Assembly (NCBI GenBank): GCA_043749775.1
Contig: JAYVCW010000208.1
Coordinates: 47,121 to 111,120 of the forward strand
Length of the DNA stretch: 64,000 bases
From: Acidobacteriaceae bacterium
GTDB taxonomy: Bacteria > Acidobacteriota > Terriglobia > Terriglobales > Acidobacteriaceae
Direction of reading: 5' to 3'
Shown: positions 38,418 to 47,227 of the stretch, piece by piece
How the letters are laid out: each line of letters opens with the position of its first letter
Position numbering within the stretch: position 1 is the first letter of the stretch
Made by a program: the position numbers and the translations under genes
Notes under the pieces: model-generated
The model's input: only the letters and a program-made list of their open reading frames with translations
Told to the model about the DNA's origin: nothing
Database searches by the model: none

Positions 38418-39520
38418 ACCGCACTTTGCCTATCGTAATCGCAGGAGTCACGGCGATCCTGGTAGCCATCGCCTGGATCCAAGCCGGAGGAGTGAAACGT
38501 CACGAGATTGCCTCCGCCGCAACGCCAGAAGAGGCCGTGCAGGCCCTGATGGCCGATATTCAAAACCACAACTGGGACGCCGCGTATGCGCGGCTCGACC
38601 CAAGCAATGACGTCGAGAAGGCGGCGTTTATTCGCGACGTCGCCGGCAGCGACGGCAGCCTTCGCACCTACGCGGCACTGCAAAGCTTTGACGTCCACGC
38701 TTTGCACGCCGACGCGGACCATGCTGATATGCGAGTCCGGGTGAAGTGGTCCACCGCTGTGGGTTCGCTTGATGACGTACGAGATTTGCCCGTCCGACGC
38801 GACGCGTCCGTATGGCGAGTGGTGTGGCCCAAGCCAAAATTCGCCGCCGTGCCGCCGCAAGTGATTCCTGTCAACTACCTGCGTTGGGACATTATTGGAC
38901 GCGATAACGCTGAAGCTTGGGGAGCCCAGGGAGTCGACGGCCCTAACGTCCGCATTACCTCCATGAATGCCGTTGAGCGGCCCGACCGCGTGGTCATCAT
39001 GGGCGAGATTGAGAACGAAGACACAGTTCCAGCTTACGTGAACGTGAGCGCCACGCTTCTAAAGCCCGATGGATCGACGCTGGACGAAGAGAGCAGCTTC
39101 GACCTCATCTCGCACGCTTTGCTTCCGAAACAGGTGTCTCCGTATCGGATTGATTTCCCCGGCGTCCGGATGGCGCAAATCAAGAGCGTACGCATGAATC
39201 CGCGCGCTCTGCTGGTGCCAGCTAGCGCGGACCCCGTCATTGCGGTGGCGGACCAGTCCGTGACCCAGGATGGCCTTGGCCGCCACGTGCTGAAGGGCGA
39301 CCTCATTAATGAGAGCGGGCAGACGGTTAACATCGCGCAAGTGCTTTCCACTTTTTACGACTTGAGCGGCAAAGTGATTTGGGTCTCCGGCGGCTACATT
39401 GATCAAGCCCTGTTGCCGCAGGTGTCCACACCGTTTGCAGTGGATGTGCCCGATGACGTGATCTCGCACATGAAGAACTATCACGTGGTCGTCAACCATT
39501 ACGTGCGGATGGGTCAATGA
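38414..39520 (+). CDS. Membrane-anchored exported protein with an NTF2-like N-domain and two repeated beta-sandwich modules
   Basis: 368 aa, with an ATGA overlap with the upstream gene. Two modules share the pattern G(E/D)(I/L)xNE...V...ALLP(K/Q)QVS.P; the second contains STFYDLSGKVI (FxLYD-like). Confidence 0.6.
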   Translation: MNRTLPIVIAGVTAILVAIAWIQAGGVKRHEIASAATPEEAVQALMADIQNHNWDAAYARLDPSNDVEKAAFIRDVAGSDGSLRTYAALQSFDVHALHADADHADMRVRVKWSTAVGSLDDVRDLPVRRDASVWRVVWPKPKFAAVPPQVIPVNYLRWDIIGRDNAEAWGAQGVDGPNVRITSMNAVERPDRVVIMGEIENEDTVPAYVNVSATLLKPDGSTLDEESSFDLISHALLPKQVSPYRIDFPGVRMAQIKSVRMNPRALLVPASADPVIAVADQSVTQDGLGRHVLKGDLINESGQTVNIAQVLSTFYDLSGKVIWVSGGYIDQALLPQVSTPFAVDVPDDVISHMKNYHVVVNHYVRMGQ

Positions 39521-40407
39521 AAATGGGAACCCCTGCGCGAAGCTTGAACCTGCGGTTGGCCTGCATGCTTTTCCTGGCCTGGGCTTGCGCCGCCTCAGCG
39601 GTGGCGGTCACCATTCATGCGCCGACGACTATAAAGGCGGGAAACGGGTTCAGCGTTGCGACTGACGGGTCGGGTTCGGCAACGCTGTATCTACTCGGGC
39701 CGGGCACTGCATTGAAGCAAGCCATCCAGCTCGGTGGGAACGCGAACATTCCTGGCGAGAAAGTGACCATTGCGGGGCAGTATCGCGTAATCGTCTGTTC
39801 GGGAGACGACTGCTCTCAGAGCGCGCTCGATGTGCAAGCGGGGGAGCCGGCGAGGTTGAGTTTCTTCCTGCATCCCTCGCGCGTACCGGTATCGAGGCCC
39901 GACGCCATCGATGGGACGGCATTCGTTTTCGACCGTTATTACAACCCGGTCTTCGTGCAATCCAAAGTAGATTTCCAAATCACGCCCGCCTCCGGCGCTG
40001 GATCTTCCAAGGTGGTTTCCAGCGACCATGGCGTTGCCTGGATACGGTTGGGATCGGGGCGCGCTGGCGGGCCGGTGCGAATCACCGCGAGCATCGCCGG
40101 GGTCAGCGAACCGCGCGTGATTCAACAGGTGGCGGCTGATGCGTGCAGCCTGCGGATCAAAGCGGTCCGCGATGCTAAAGGCCTCACCGTGGAAACGGAC
40201 CCGGTGCGCGATTGCAGCGGCAATCCCCTGCCGGACGGCACGATTGTCTCATTCACCACCAAGGGTTCCGCCGGTATGACTACCGTAGACACACCCATCA
40301 AGAAAGGAATCGCGCGGACGCAGCTGACGGTCAAAGGCAATGCGCGCGTTTCAGTGGCCTGCGGTGTAGTGCTCGGTAATGAGCTTTCCGTCGCGGGGAA
40401 CATGTGA
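39517..40407 (+). CDS. Secreted Ig-like/beta-sandwich protein
   Basis: 296 aa, with an ATGA overlap with the upstream gene, a signal peptide (MLFLAWACAASAVA) and repeated beta-rich modules. Confidence 0.6.
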   Translation: MKMGTPARSLNLRLACMLFLAWACAASAVAVTIHAPTTIKAGNGFSVATDGSGSATLYLLGPGTALKQAIQLGGNANIPGEKVTIAGQYRVIVCSGDDCSQSALDVQAGEPARLSFFLHPSRVPVSRPDAIDGTAFVFDRYYNPVFVQSKVDFQITPASGAGSSKVVSSDHGVAWIRLGSGRAGGPVRITASIAGVSEPRVIQQVAADACSLRIKAVRDAKGLTVETDPVRDCSGNPLPDGTIVSFTTKGSAGMTTVDTPIKKGIARTQLTVKGNARVSVACGVVLGNELSVAGNM

Positions 40408-40919
40408 TGATTCGACGCCAAACCCTCGTGCTGTTGGCGCTCACCGCCGTGTTGACGGCTGCGGCGAGCGGCCAGTCTTTGCCGCAAGTGAGCCTGAAAG
40501 CGGATGCGCTGAGCCCGCGCTCTATTGAACCGTTGACGGAAACCAACATCGCGCGTGATTACGCGATCGCCTGGAAAGACTTGTCCCAGGCACTGGAGCA
40601 AAACCGTACAGACCTTCTGAACGAGCAGTTCACCGGTTTCGCACACGACCGGCTGAAAGAACGGGTCGCCGACCAGCAGCGCATTGGCCTGCGCACGCAG
40701 ATTGTGGACCACGGGCACAAGCTGAAGGCGATTTTCTATTCGCTCGACGGTGGCGCAATGCAACTGTTGGACGAGGCGCAGATACAAATCCAGATCTTTG
40801 ACGGCAGCCGGCTCATCGATACCCAAGACGCGTCTCAGAAGTACATCGTTTTAATGACTCCCGGTGCGGATCGCTGGTATGTCCGCTCCATGGAATCGGC
40901 CCCCACTTCGAAACCGTAG
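40404..40919 (+). CDS. Secreted NTF2/Tim44-like small protein
   Basis: 171 aa with a signal peptide (LVLLALTAVLTAAASGQ). The start (GTG 40404 or ATG 40407) overlaps or abuts the upstream stop. Confidence 0.55.
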   Translation: MMIRRQTLVLLALTAVLTAAASGQSLPQVSLKADALSPRSIEPLTETNIARDYAIAWKDLSQALEQNRTDLLNEQFTGFAHDRLKERVADQQRIGLRTQIVDHGHKLKAIFYSLDGGAMQLLDEAQIQIQIFDGSRLIDTQDASQKYIVLMTPGADRWYVRSMESAPTSKP

Positions 40920-40981
40920 CCCCTTGGCCCAAACAACCCTTAGCACGGAGATCCCATCGTACGGGGTCTCAGAGCCCGGGC

Positions 40982-41980
40982 ATGAAACTTCTTCGTTACG
41001 GATTGATAGTCCTGATGGTGGCTTTAGGCCAGTTCCCCACTGCCTGTAGCCATGCGAACGTGCGTCCGGCGGTGGCCAGCGGCTTGCCGGGACCGGGTGA
41101 TGGCCCAAAGATTCTTGCGGATTACCAGCCCTGGTTCGGGGACCCCAACCACATTGACGCCGGGTACAACAGCCAGGACCCTGCGGTATTGCGCAAACAG
41201 ATTGCGAACGCGCGCAGGATGGGAATCTACGCATTCGCCGTGGACTGGTACGGGCCGCGCCAGCCCTTTCTCGATCGCAGCTACGCGATTCTGCAGAAAA
41301 TCGCCAGCGAGGAGCATTTCCACGTCACCCTGATGTACGACGAAACTCAGGAAGACAACGGTCACGCCACGGAGGATGCGCTGGAGGCACTGGATCTCGC
41401 TTACAAAAAGTACATCGGTCCTGACAGCCCCGGTCGCGACGCTTATGTGACCCTGCAAGGGCGCCCTGTAATCTTCATATTTCCCAAGCGAGGGAACACC
41501 GACTGGAACCAGGTTCGGCAAGTGGTCAATGGGTGGCCAAACCCGCCAATCCTTCTTTATCAAGATGAGCCCCCGGCCCAGTACGACAAAGCTTTCGATG
41601 GAGAATATGCCTGGGTCTTTCCCGGTAGCGCCGGCTGGAAACCAGATGGGCAAGCCTGGGGCGAAGACTATTTGAATAAGTTTTACAACCGGATGCGAAC
41701 GAAACACCCTGGGAAAATTGTAGTGGGCGGAGTGTGGCCGGGGTTTGACGACTCCAAAGCTTCATGGAGTCTGCACCGCCGCATTGATTCGCGATGCGGC
41801 CGGACATTTGAAGACACCCTGCGGGTTTTTCATGAAAACGAAGATCCCAGCCACCCGATGCCGTTCCTGCTGATCGCCACTTGGAATGACTACGAAGAAG
41901 GAACCGCGATTGAACCAGGCATCCCCCGTTGCGATGCCCAGTCCTCGGCAAGGTTACCCAGGCGTGAGGCGGAACGCTAG
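40982..41980 (+). CDS. Exported glycoside hydrolase candidate, GH71/GH99-like TIM barrel
   Basis: 332 aa with a signal peptide. YQPWFG...FAVDWYG and the C-terminal ATWNDYEEGTAIEP resemble conserved segments of GH71/GH99-like endo-alpha-glycanases. Confidence 0.5.
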   Translation: MKLLRYGLIVLMVALGQFPTACSHANVRPAVASGLPGPGDGPKILADYQPWFGDPNHIDAGYNSQDPAVLRKQIANARRMGIYAFAVDWYGPRQPFLDRSYAILQKIASEEHFHVTLMYDETQEDNGHATEDALEALDLAYKKYIGPDSPGRDAYVTLQGRPVIFIFPKRGNTDWNQVRQVVNGWPNPPILLYQDEPPAQYDKAFDGEYAWVFPGSAGWKPDGQAWGEDYLNKFYNRMRTKHPGKIVVGGVWPGFDDSKASWSLHRRIDSRCGRTFEDTLRVFHENEDPSHPMPFLLIATWNDYEEGTAIEPGIPRCDAQSSARLPRREAER

Positions 41981-42062
41981 TCCCGCGAGCATACCGCTCC
42001 CTCTCGATGCACAGGCATTGAGGCGGAATTCATGCCGAGGCGGCAGATAGCAACTGTGGAGG

Positions 42063-43163
42063 GTGAAGGTGAAATCCGGCTTCGATCAGCAGAGTACTCT
42101 TCACGAGAATGACGTGTTGCGCGTATTGCCACACGTGGTTGAGGTGGCGGGAAATTCTCATCGCCAAAATTCCTTTTGCGAGACCCGCCCGCTAACCGGC
42201 CTGCTGCAGCGGCTTCGGGAAAACAAGTTCGCGCTTCGTGCCATGGTCGCTGCCTTCCGGGGACTGCAGAAGATGGGCCTGTCAGTGATCCCGAACCACT
42301 TTTACTGGCCAATTCCAGATCTGCGTGAAATGGAGGTCCGGGATTGGCAGACACCGGCTTCCCCGGCTGGTTTGGACCTGAATCTCGGGAAGCAAGTGGA
42401 TCTGGCTCGAGAGATACTTGCTCTCCACCAGGAAGAGTGGTCCTTCCCCGACCAACCTGCCGGCCCGGTTGAATATCACTACAACAATGGCTTCTTCGAG
42501 ACCGTCGACGCTGAGGTGGCTTACAGCCTGGTGCGCCACTCGAAGCCGTCGCGAATTATCGAAGTCGGCGGAGGATACAGCACTCGGGTGCTGGCCGCTG
42601 CGCTACGGGCGAACCGCGACCAGGGAAACAAAGGCGGGAAGCTGTTCACTATCGAGCCTTTTCCCAACCCCACCTTGGAGGGGATCACAACCCTGATACC
42701 GCAACGCGTTCAGGATGTCGATCTGGATTTCTTTCTCTCGCTTGGGCCCGGAGACATTCTTTTTCTGGATTCAAGCCACGTGGTTAGCGTCGGAAGCGAT
42801 GTCGTCCGAGAGTATCTGGAGATCCTTCCCCGCCTCCGGCCTGGTGTGCTGGTGCATGTGCATGACATCTTTCTCCCTTCGGATTATCCCCGCGACGCGG
42901 TACTTTCGAAGCTTTGCTTCTGGTCTGAGCAATACCTGTTGCAGGCTTTTCTCGCCTTCAATCCTCACTTTGAAATTGTGTGGGGAAGCAGCGCTATGCA
43001 GCAGTTCCATCCGGATGTGCTGGAGGAAACGTTTCCGCGCTGGAAGAACAGCTACTGCCGGATCGCCAAAGCCACACGGCAATTCCTGCCGACTTTAGAC
43101 GGCAACCGCGTGTGGCCGTCGAGCTTTTGGATGCGACGAGTGGCCGCGCCTCGAGTCAATTAA
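42063..43163 (+). CDS. Class I SAM-dependent methyltransferase
   Basis: IIEVGGGYSTRVLAAAL is motif I and LFLDSSHV is the post-II region. An N-terminal HFYWPIPDL segment is common in glycan-associated methyltransferases. The start is uncertain. Confidence 0.65.
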   Translation: MKVKSGFDQQSTLHENDVLRVLPHVVEVAGNSHRQNSFCETRPLTGLLQRLRENKFALRAMVAAFRGLQKMGLSVIPNHFYWPIPDLREMEVRDWQTPASPAGLDLNLGKQVDLAREILALHQEEWSFPDQPAGPVEYHYNNGFFETVDAEVAYSLVRHSKPSRIIEVGGGYSTRVLAAALRANRDQGNKGGKLFTIEPFPNPTLEGITTLIPQRVQDVDLDFFLSLGPGDILFLDSSHVVSVGSDVVREYLEILPRLRPGVLVHVHDIFLPSDYPRDAVLSKLCFWSEQYLLQAFLAFNPHFEIVWGSSAMQQFHPDVLEETFPRWKNSYCRIAKATRQFLPTLDGNRVWPSSFWMRRVAAPRVN

Positions 43164-43335
43164 GCCCTCATTTCTACTTCCCGACTCACCGAAGGGTGGG
43201 TTGCTTCATGCACTTCTGATTAAAGAATTGGCGATCCTGTATTGCCCCCACCCCGGCCCTAACTTTAAAATTTGGACACACTAAGGATTTCACTGTAGAT
43301 CCTCGTGTTCAATCTAGTAGGGCCGAGGCCGTGTA

Positions 43336-44394
43336 ATGGGAAAATTCGCTCTTGTCTGCTGTATCCTTTTCTGCTTCTCCAGTTTAGATGCGGCCTTTGC
43401 GGGCGTCACCGTAACGGCTCCAGCCAACGGTTCGACCGTTGCCTCCTCCGTGCAGTACGTGGCCACCGCTTCATCCCCTGCTTGCGCTAAAGGCGTAGAT
43501 TCCATCGGTATTTACTCCGGTCCGGGTCAACTGGCATACGTCACCAAGGGAAGCTCGCTGAACACCATTCTGAACTTTAGCCCCGGGACGTACAACACCA
43601 CCGTTCAGCAGTGGGACAACTGCGGCTGGTCTTCCAGCCAACAGGTCACCATTACCGTGGGAAGCGGCGGAGGCGGTACCGGAGGCGGCGGAACCTTCTG
43701 GAACCTGCAGGCAAACACCGCAGGTTGGACCGGCTACGGCCTGCTTCCTCCCGTTTATGCCATCTGCCCCAATTGTTCTCCTGCTGGCCCCAGCGTGAGC
43801 TGGTCTTGGACACCGGGCGTTTCAGTTGCTTCGAGCAGCTCTCAAACGGTGAAAACCACGATCGGCGGCACCCAGGCTTACACCGATGTTTTGTGGAACA
43901 ACCATCTAATCGGCGACTTTTCTTCCCAGGGCCTGCCCGACTACAACCACACCCTGATTCCGACGCTTCATAATTTCACCTATGACGTCTGGTTCTACCT
44001 GAGCAATAACACAGCTCCGCAGGCGCTCGAGTTTGATATCAACCAGTTTGTGAATGGGCAGTCTTATATCTGGGGGCACGAGTGCCGTGTTGCAGGCGGC
44101 CACCAGTGGGACACCTGGAATAATGCAGGGCAGTTTTGGGTTCCGAGCGGAATCGGTTGCTGGCCGATCGTCGGCTGGAATCATCTGGTGATCCAGGCTC
44201 AGCGCACTTCCGACAATCACCTGCTGTTCAAGTCCATTAGCCTCAACGGCACAACCAACGCGCTGAACCGCTACGACTCGCCCACGCCAACCACCTGGTA
44301 CGGAGTCACCATCAACTACCAGATCGACGGCAACACCTGGCAGACACCGTATGCAGTGCATCTGGACAAGTTGAATTTTACCTGGCAGCCGTAG
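43336..44394 (+). CDS. Secreted two-domain protein (Ig-like N-domain, Gly linker, beta-sandwich C-domain)
   Basis: 352 aa with signal CCILFCFSSLDAAFA and a GSGGGGTGGGG linker. It is followed by a strong terminator. Confidence 0.65.
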   Translation: MGKFALVCCILFCFSSLDAAFAGVTVTAPANGSTVASSVQYVATASSPACAKGVDSIGIYSGPGQLAYVTKGSSLNTILNFSPGTYNTTVQQWDNCGWSSSQQVTITVGSGGGGTGGGGTFWNLQANTAGWTGYGLLPPVYAICPNCSPAGPSVSWSWTPGVSVASSSSQTVKTTIGGTQAYTDVLWNNHLIGDFSSQGLPDYNHTLIPTLHNFTYDVWFYLSNNTAPQALEFDINQFVNGQSYIWGHECRVAGGHQWDTWNNAGQFWVPSGIGCWPIVGWNHLVIQAQRTSDNHLLFKSISLNGTTNALNRYDSPTPTTWYGVTINYQIDGNTWQTPYAVHLDKLNFTWQP

Positions 44395-44424
44395 TTCGCG
44401 AGGTTCGGCTGGTGAATTGATGTC

Positions 44425-44456
44425 AAAAAGGCACAGCCTAAAGGCTGTGCCTTTTT
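44425..44456. terminator. Bidirectional intrinsic terminator between convergent genes
   Basis: AAAAA-GGCACAGCC-TAAA-GGCTGTGCC-TTTTT. This is a perfect 9-bp stem flanked by an A-tract and a T-tract. Confidence 0.8.
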
Positions 44457-44507
44457 CTTCTCCCGAACGGTTCAAGGGTGGCCGGATTAACGGGCGTGTT
44501 TCCCGTC

Positions 44508-45218
44508 TCACCAGCAGGGATGGACCGGCGTCACCGTGGCAAAGGTGGCAAAACCCTGCGTCGTCTGGTTCACCCGGCGGTAAACCCCGCTTTGCAGATG
44601 GTAGTGCGTCCATTGCACCATGCCGTTGTTCTTCTGCATGGCAAAGGTTTCCTGATCCAGGCAGTTGCTGTAGTTGATGTCGCACGAGTACCGGAATGAC
44701 AAGGTCAAGGTTGACGCCAGCGGGAGGCTCCCGATGGTCTGGGTATAAGGCCCCCAGATTTCATTCACGACGTAGCCAAGGTTCTGCGTTATGAAACTGG
44801 CGCATGAAGAATGAATGTCGTAGTCGGTATGCGCCGATTGCACCTGGATTGAAGCCAGCTTTCCGGGAATCGCAGGCTTGGTGATGCACCGAGGCATCCA
44901 GGGCAGTCCCTGCCGGAATATCTTGTAGGTAGTTGGATCGTTCCACACTTGTTCAGTTATCGATTGATAAATGTAGCGCTTATCGAAGGTGTCCACATCC
45001 CATGGAAACCCGGCCGGTCCTTTAACCCAGTAGAAATTTCCGGCTGTCGGATAAACGACATTGAAATGACCATTGCTAGTGGCTGCTTGCGGTGCCATCC
45101 AATCGAGCATGTCGTACTGGTTGGATTTGCAAGCCTGTGCACCAGCTTGAGTTAGGAGAGAAACAGACATAGCTACGCTTACGACCAACAGAACATTGAT
45201 CCGCATAACACTTCCCAT
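44508..45218 (-). CDS. Secreted Cys-containing protein of unknown function
   Basis: 236 aa with a signal peptide (VLLVVSVAMSVSLLTQAGAQA). No family was recognised. Confidence 0.6.
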   Translation of the reverse strand: MGSVMRINVLLVVSVAMSVSLLTQAGAQACKSNQYDMLDWMAPQAATSNGHFNVVYPTAGNFYWVKGPAGFPWDVDTFDKRYIYQSITEQVWNDPTTYKIFRQGLPWMPRCITKPAIPGKLASIQVQSAHTDYDIHSSCASFITQNLGYVVNEIWGPYTQTIGSLPLASTLTLSFRYSCDINYSNCLDQETFAMQKNNGMVQWTHYHLQSGVYRRVNQTTQGFATFATVTPVHPCW

Positions 45219-45424
45219 CTGCTCGCGAATTTGTGCCTATATCCCCATATACGGGCTTCACTGTAGAACTACGCTAAGGTGTTTACTGTAGACAAGCAAT
45301 ACCGGAAAACCGTAGATCCTGTGGAAAAGCCCAAATTAGAACAACACTACCCGGAGCGTGGGCAAGGAGTGCGAGCGCAGTCAACCAGCGCTGGTAGCAA
45401 TGGATTCGGGAGCCGACAGCGGGT

Positions 45425-46102
45425 TTAGGATGTAACGGCTACGGCAACTGGGGGTTGGACGTGCTTGAATATCGCCTCGTTAACCTTGCGCGCGGCCTCG
45501 GCTGGTGAAGCAGGTGCGATGACCGTCATGCCCGCGATTTGAGCCAAAGTCAGGAATGCAGCACGGTTGCGGTTGAGAAATTCGAGGGGGTATTCCGGTT
45601 TGCGCTCGCGCGCCTGCGCCGGTTCCGCATCCAGCAGGTAGGCGACCTCAGGTCGGGGAACCAGCCCCAGCAGACAACGGGCGTATGCCCTGCCGGCAAG
45701 CCGATCGAGTTTCAGATTCGCGAGCTCATCGTAAATATAACGATCGAAAATGATTACGTCCCACGCGCCGGCTTGGGCTTTCATCCCCCAGAGGGCGAGC
45801 GATAAGCCGTCCAAAAGATAGAAGCCGAAGCGCACCGGCGTCATGAACCAGGACTGCACATTCTTGTCGCGCCTCCGAACCGGGGCGCCAGGAGCGCCAA
45901 TACCTTTCTCACTTCGAAACATGGTATGGCTGAGAAAACCACGCGCGTGCCCTAGGACTGCAATGTCGTCCCAAAACGCCAGCACTGAGACGTGAAGGCC
46001 CGCGTCGGTGAGCCGATTGTAAAGTTCCCTGATTTGCGTGCTTTTCCCTGCGCCGTCAATTCCAGAGAAACTTACAATGATCGGACGCCGATTTCCTTGC
46101 AT
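45425..46102 (-). CDS. Thymidylate-kinase-like P-loop kinase
   Basis: 225 aa. FSGIDGAGKSTQ is a P-loop in dTMP-kinase style and DRY is a DR(Y/H)-type motif. Confidence 0.65.
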   Translation of the reverse strand: MQGNRRPIIVSFSGIDGAGKSTQIRELYNRLTDAGLHVSVLAFWDDIAVLGHARGFLSHTMFRSEKGIGAPGAPVRRRDKNVQSWFMTPVRFGFYLLDGLSLALWGMKAQAGAWDVIIFDRYIYDELANLKLDRLAGRAYARCLLGLVPRPEVAYLLDAEPAQARERKPEYPLEFLNRNRAAFLTLAQIAGMTVIAPASPAEAARKVNEAIFKHVQPPVAVAVTS

Positions 46103-46143
46103 TGCTTAAGCGACTCCTTGGCTCTCTCCTAGGCCGCGCTGCG

Positions 46144-46180
46144 AAAAAAATGGTCCCAGACCTGGTTTTGACTGGGACCA
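46144..46180 (-). terminator. Intrinsic terminator of the small hydrophilic-protein gene
   Basis: On the minus strand: TGGTCCCAG, a 12-nt loop, CTGGGACCA, then TTTTTTT. Confidence 0.7.
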
Positions 46181-46196
46181 CAAGCAGTCTGCGTCA

Positions 46197-46361
46197 CTAG
46201 GAAGCGCGACGCTGTCCGCCCTGATTCTGTTCATCCTTCTCATCGGTCTCTACGTCATGACCGCCCTGCGTGGGCCGTTTCTGATTGAGGTTGTCGGTTT
46301 GATCGGTCTGCTGTTCGTTCTGCTGTCCCTGCTGGTTTTTCTTGTTCGGATCGTTTGACAT
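46197..46361 (-). CDS. 54-aa highly hydrophilic Q/N/D/E-rich protein (hydrophilin-like); absent from the ORF track because it is under 60 aa
   Basis: The ATG at 46361-46359 is preceded by AGGAGG at 6 nt. The product is MSNDPNKKNQQGQQNEQQTDQTDNLNQKRPTQGGHDVETDEKDEQNQGGQRRAS. A terminator follows directly. Confidence 0.55.
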   Translation of the reverse strand: MSNDPNKKNQQGQQNEQQTDQTDNLNQKRPTQGGHDVETDEKDEQNQGGQRRAS

Positions 46362-46490
46362 GACCTACCTCCTGTTTTTCAAATGGAGCTTGTGAATCCA
46401 TTCCAAGAAATTTAGTTGCCTTTTCAGCGGAGCGGGTTGGCTTGGGGCATCCGGGCGGCACGTTCGCGGCCCATTGACCAAACCGCGTCG

Positions 46491-47144
46491 TCAAAACACT
46501 TGCACAATGCCGTTACGGACCGCGTAAAGCGTGAGGTCAGCGAGCGAATGCAAATCAAGCTTTCGCATGATATTTGTGCGATGCGTTTCCGTCGTCTTCA
46601 CACTCAAATTCAAGACCACAGCCACCTCTTTACTGGTCTTTCCTTCCGCCAACAGCTGGACAACCTCCCGTTCGCGCGGCGTAAGACGATTGCGGGTGCG
46701 GGGCTTGATCAAAGAACCTGGATTGGAGTGTGCTTCCATTGCAGACTCCGAGGCTCTGTGACTGAAGAAGGTGCCTTGTCGTTGTACTGCCTCTACTGCG
46801 GTCACGAGATCGCGACCTGCGTCCGACTTCAACAGAAAGCCGCGCGCGCCGACTGCTAAAACATCGCGAACGATTTGTTCGGAATTGTGGACAGTGAGTA
46901 TCAGCACATTGGACGAAGGGCAACTGGCAGAAATTTGCCGGGCCGCATCCAGTCCATTGAGGTTGGGCATTCCGATATCGAGCAGCACCAGGTCCGGCTT
47001 CAGCGCACGCGTACTCAGAACGGCTTCGCGCCCGTCTCTCGCTTCCCCACAAATCTCCCAGCCTTCGTGGTTCTCAAGCACTGTTCTGATTCCACGCCGG
47101 ACGATCTCGTGGTCATCTGCGATCAGGATTCGGTAAGCGCTCAT
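46491..47144 (-). CDS. NarL/FixJ-type response regulator (REC + LuxR HTH)
   Basis: 217 aa with the DD...D(LLDIGMP)...K receiver residues and a C-terminal LTPREREVVQLLAEGKTSKEVA HTH. Confidence 0.9.
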   Translation of the reverse strand: MSAYRILIADDHEIVRRGIRTVLENHEGWEICGEARDGREAVLSTRALKPDLVLLDIGMPNLNGLDAARQISASCPSSNVLILTVHNSEQIVRDVLAVGARGFLLKSDAGRDLVTAVEAVQRQGTFFSHRASESAMEAHSNPGSLIKPRTRNRLTPREREVVQLLAEGKTSKEVAVVLNLSVKTTETHRTNIMRKLDLHSLADLTLYAVRNGIVQVF

Positions 47145-47174
47145 CGATCACCCTAGGGGCTGTAGGGATACGGC

Positions 47175-47207
47175 GCAACCGGGCCCGGCAATGCGGGGCC
47201 CGGTTGC
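47175..47207 (-). terminator. GC-rich hairpin downstream of the SYLF gene (terminator/attenuator candidate, no U-tract)
   Basis: GCAACCGGGCCC, a 9-nt loop, then GGGCCCGGTTGC (perfect 12-bp stem). It lies 21 bp after the SYLF stop and 31 bp before the response-regulator start. Confidence 0.45.
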
Positions 47208-47227
47208 ACAGAGGTGGTCGCCTTCAC

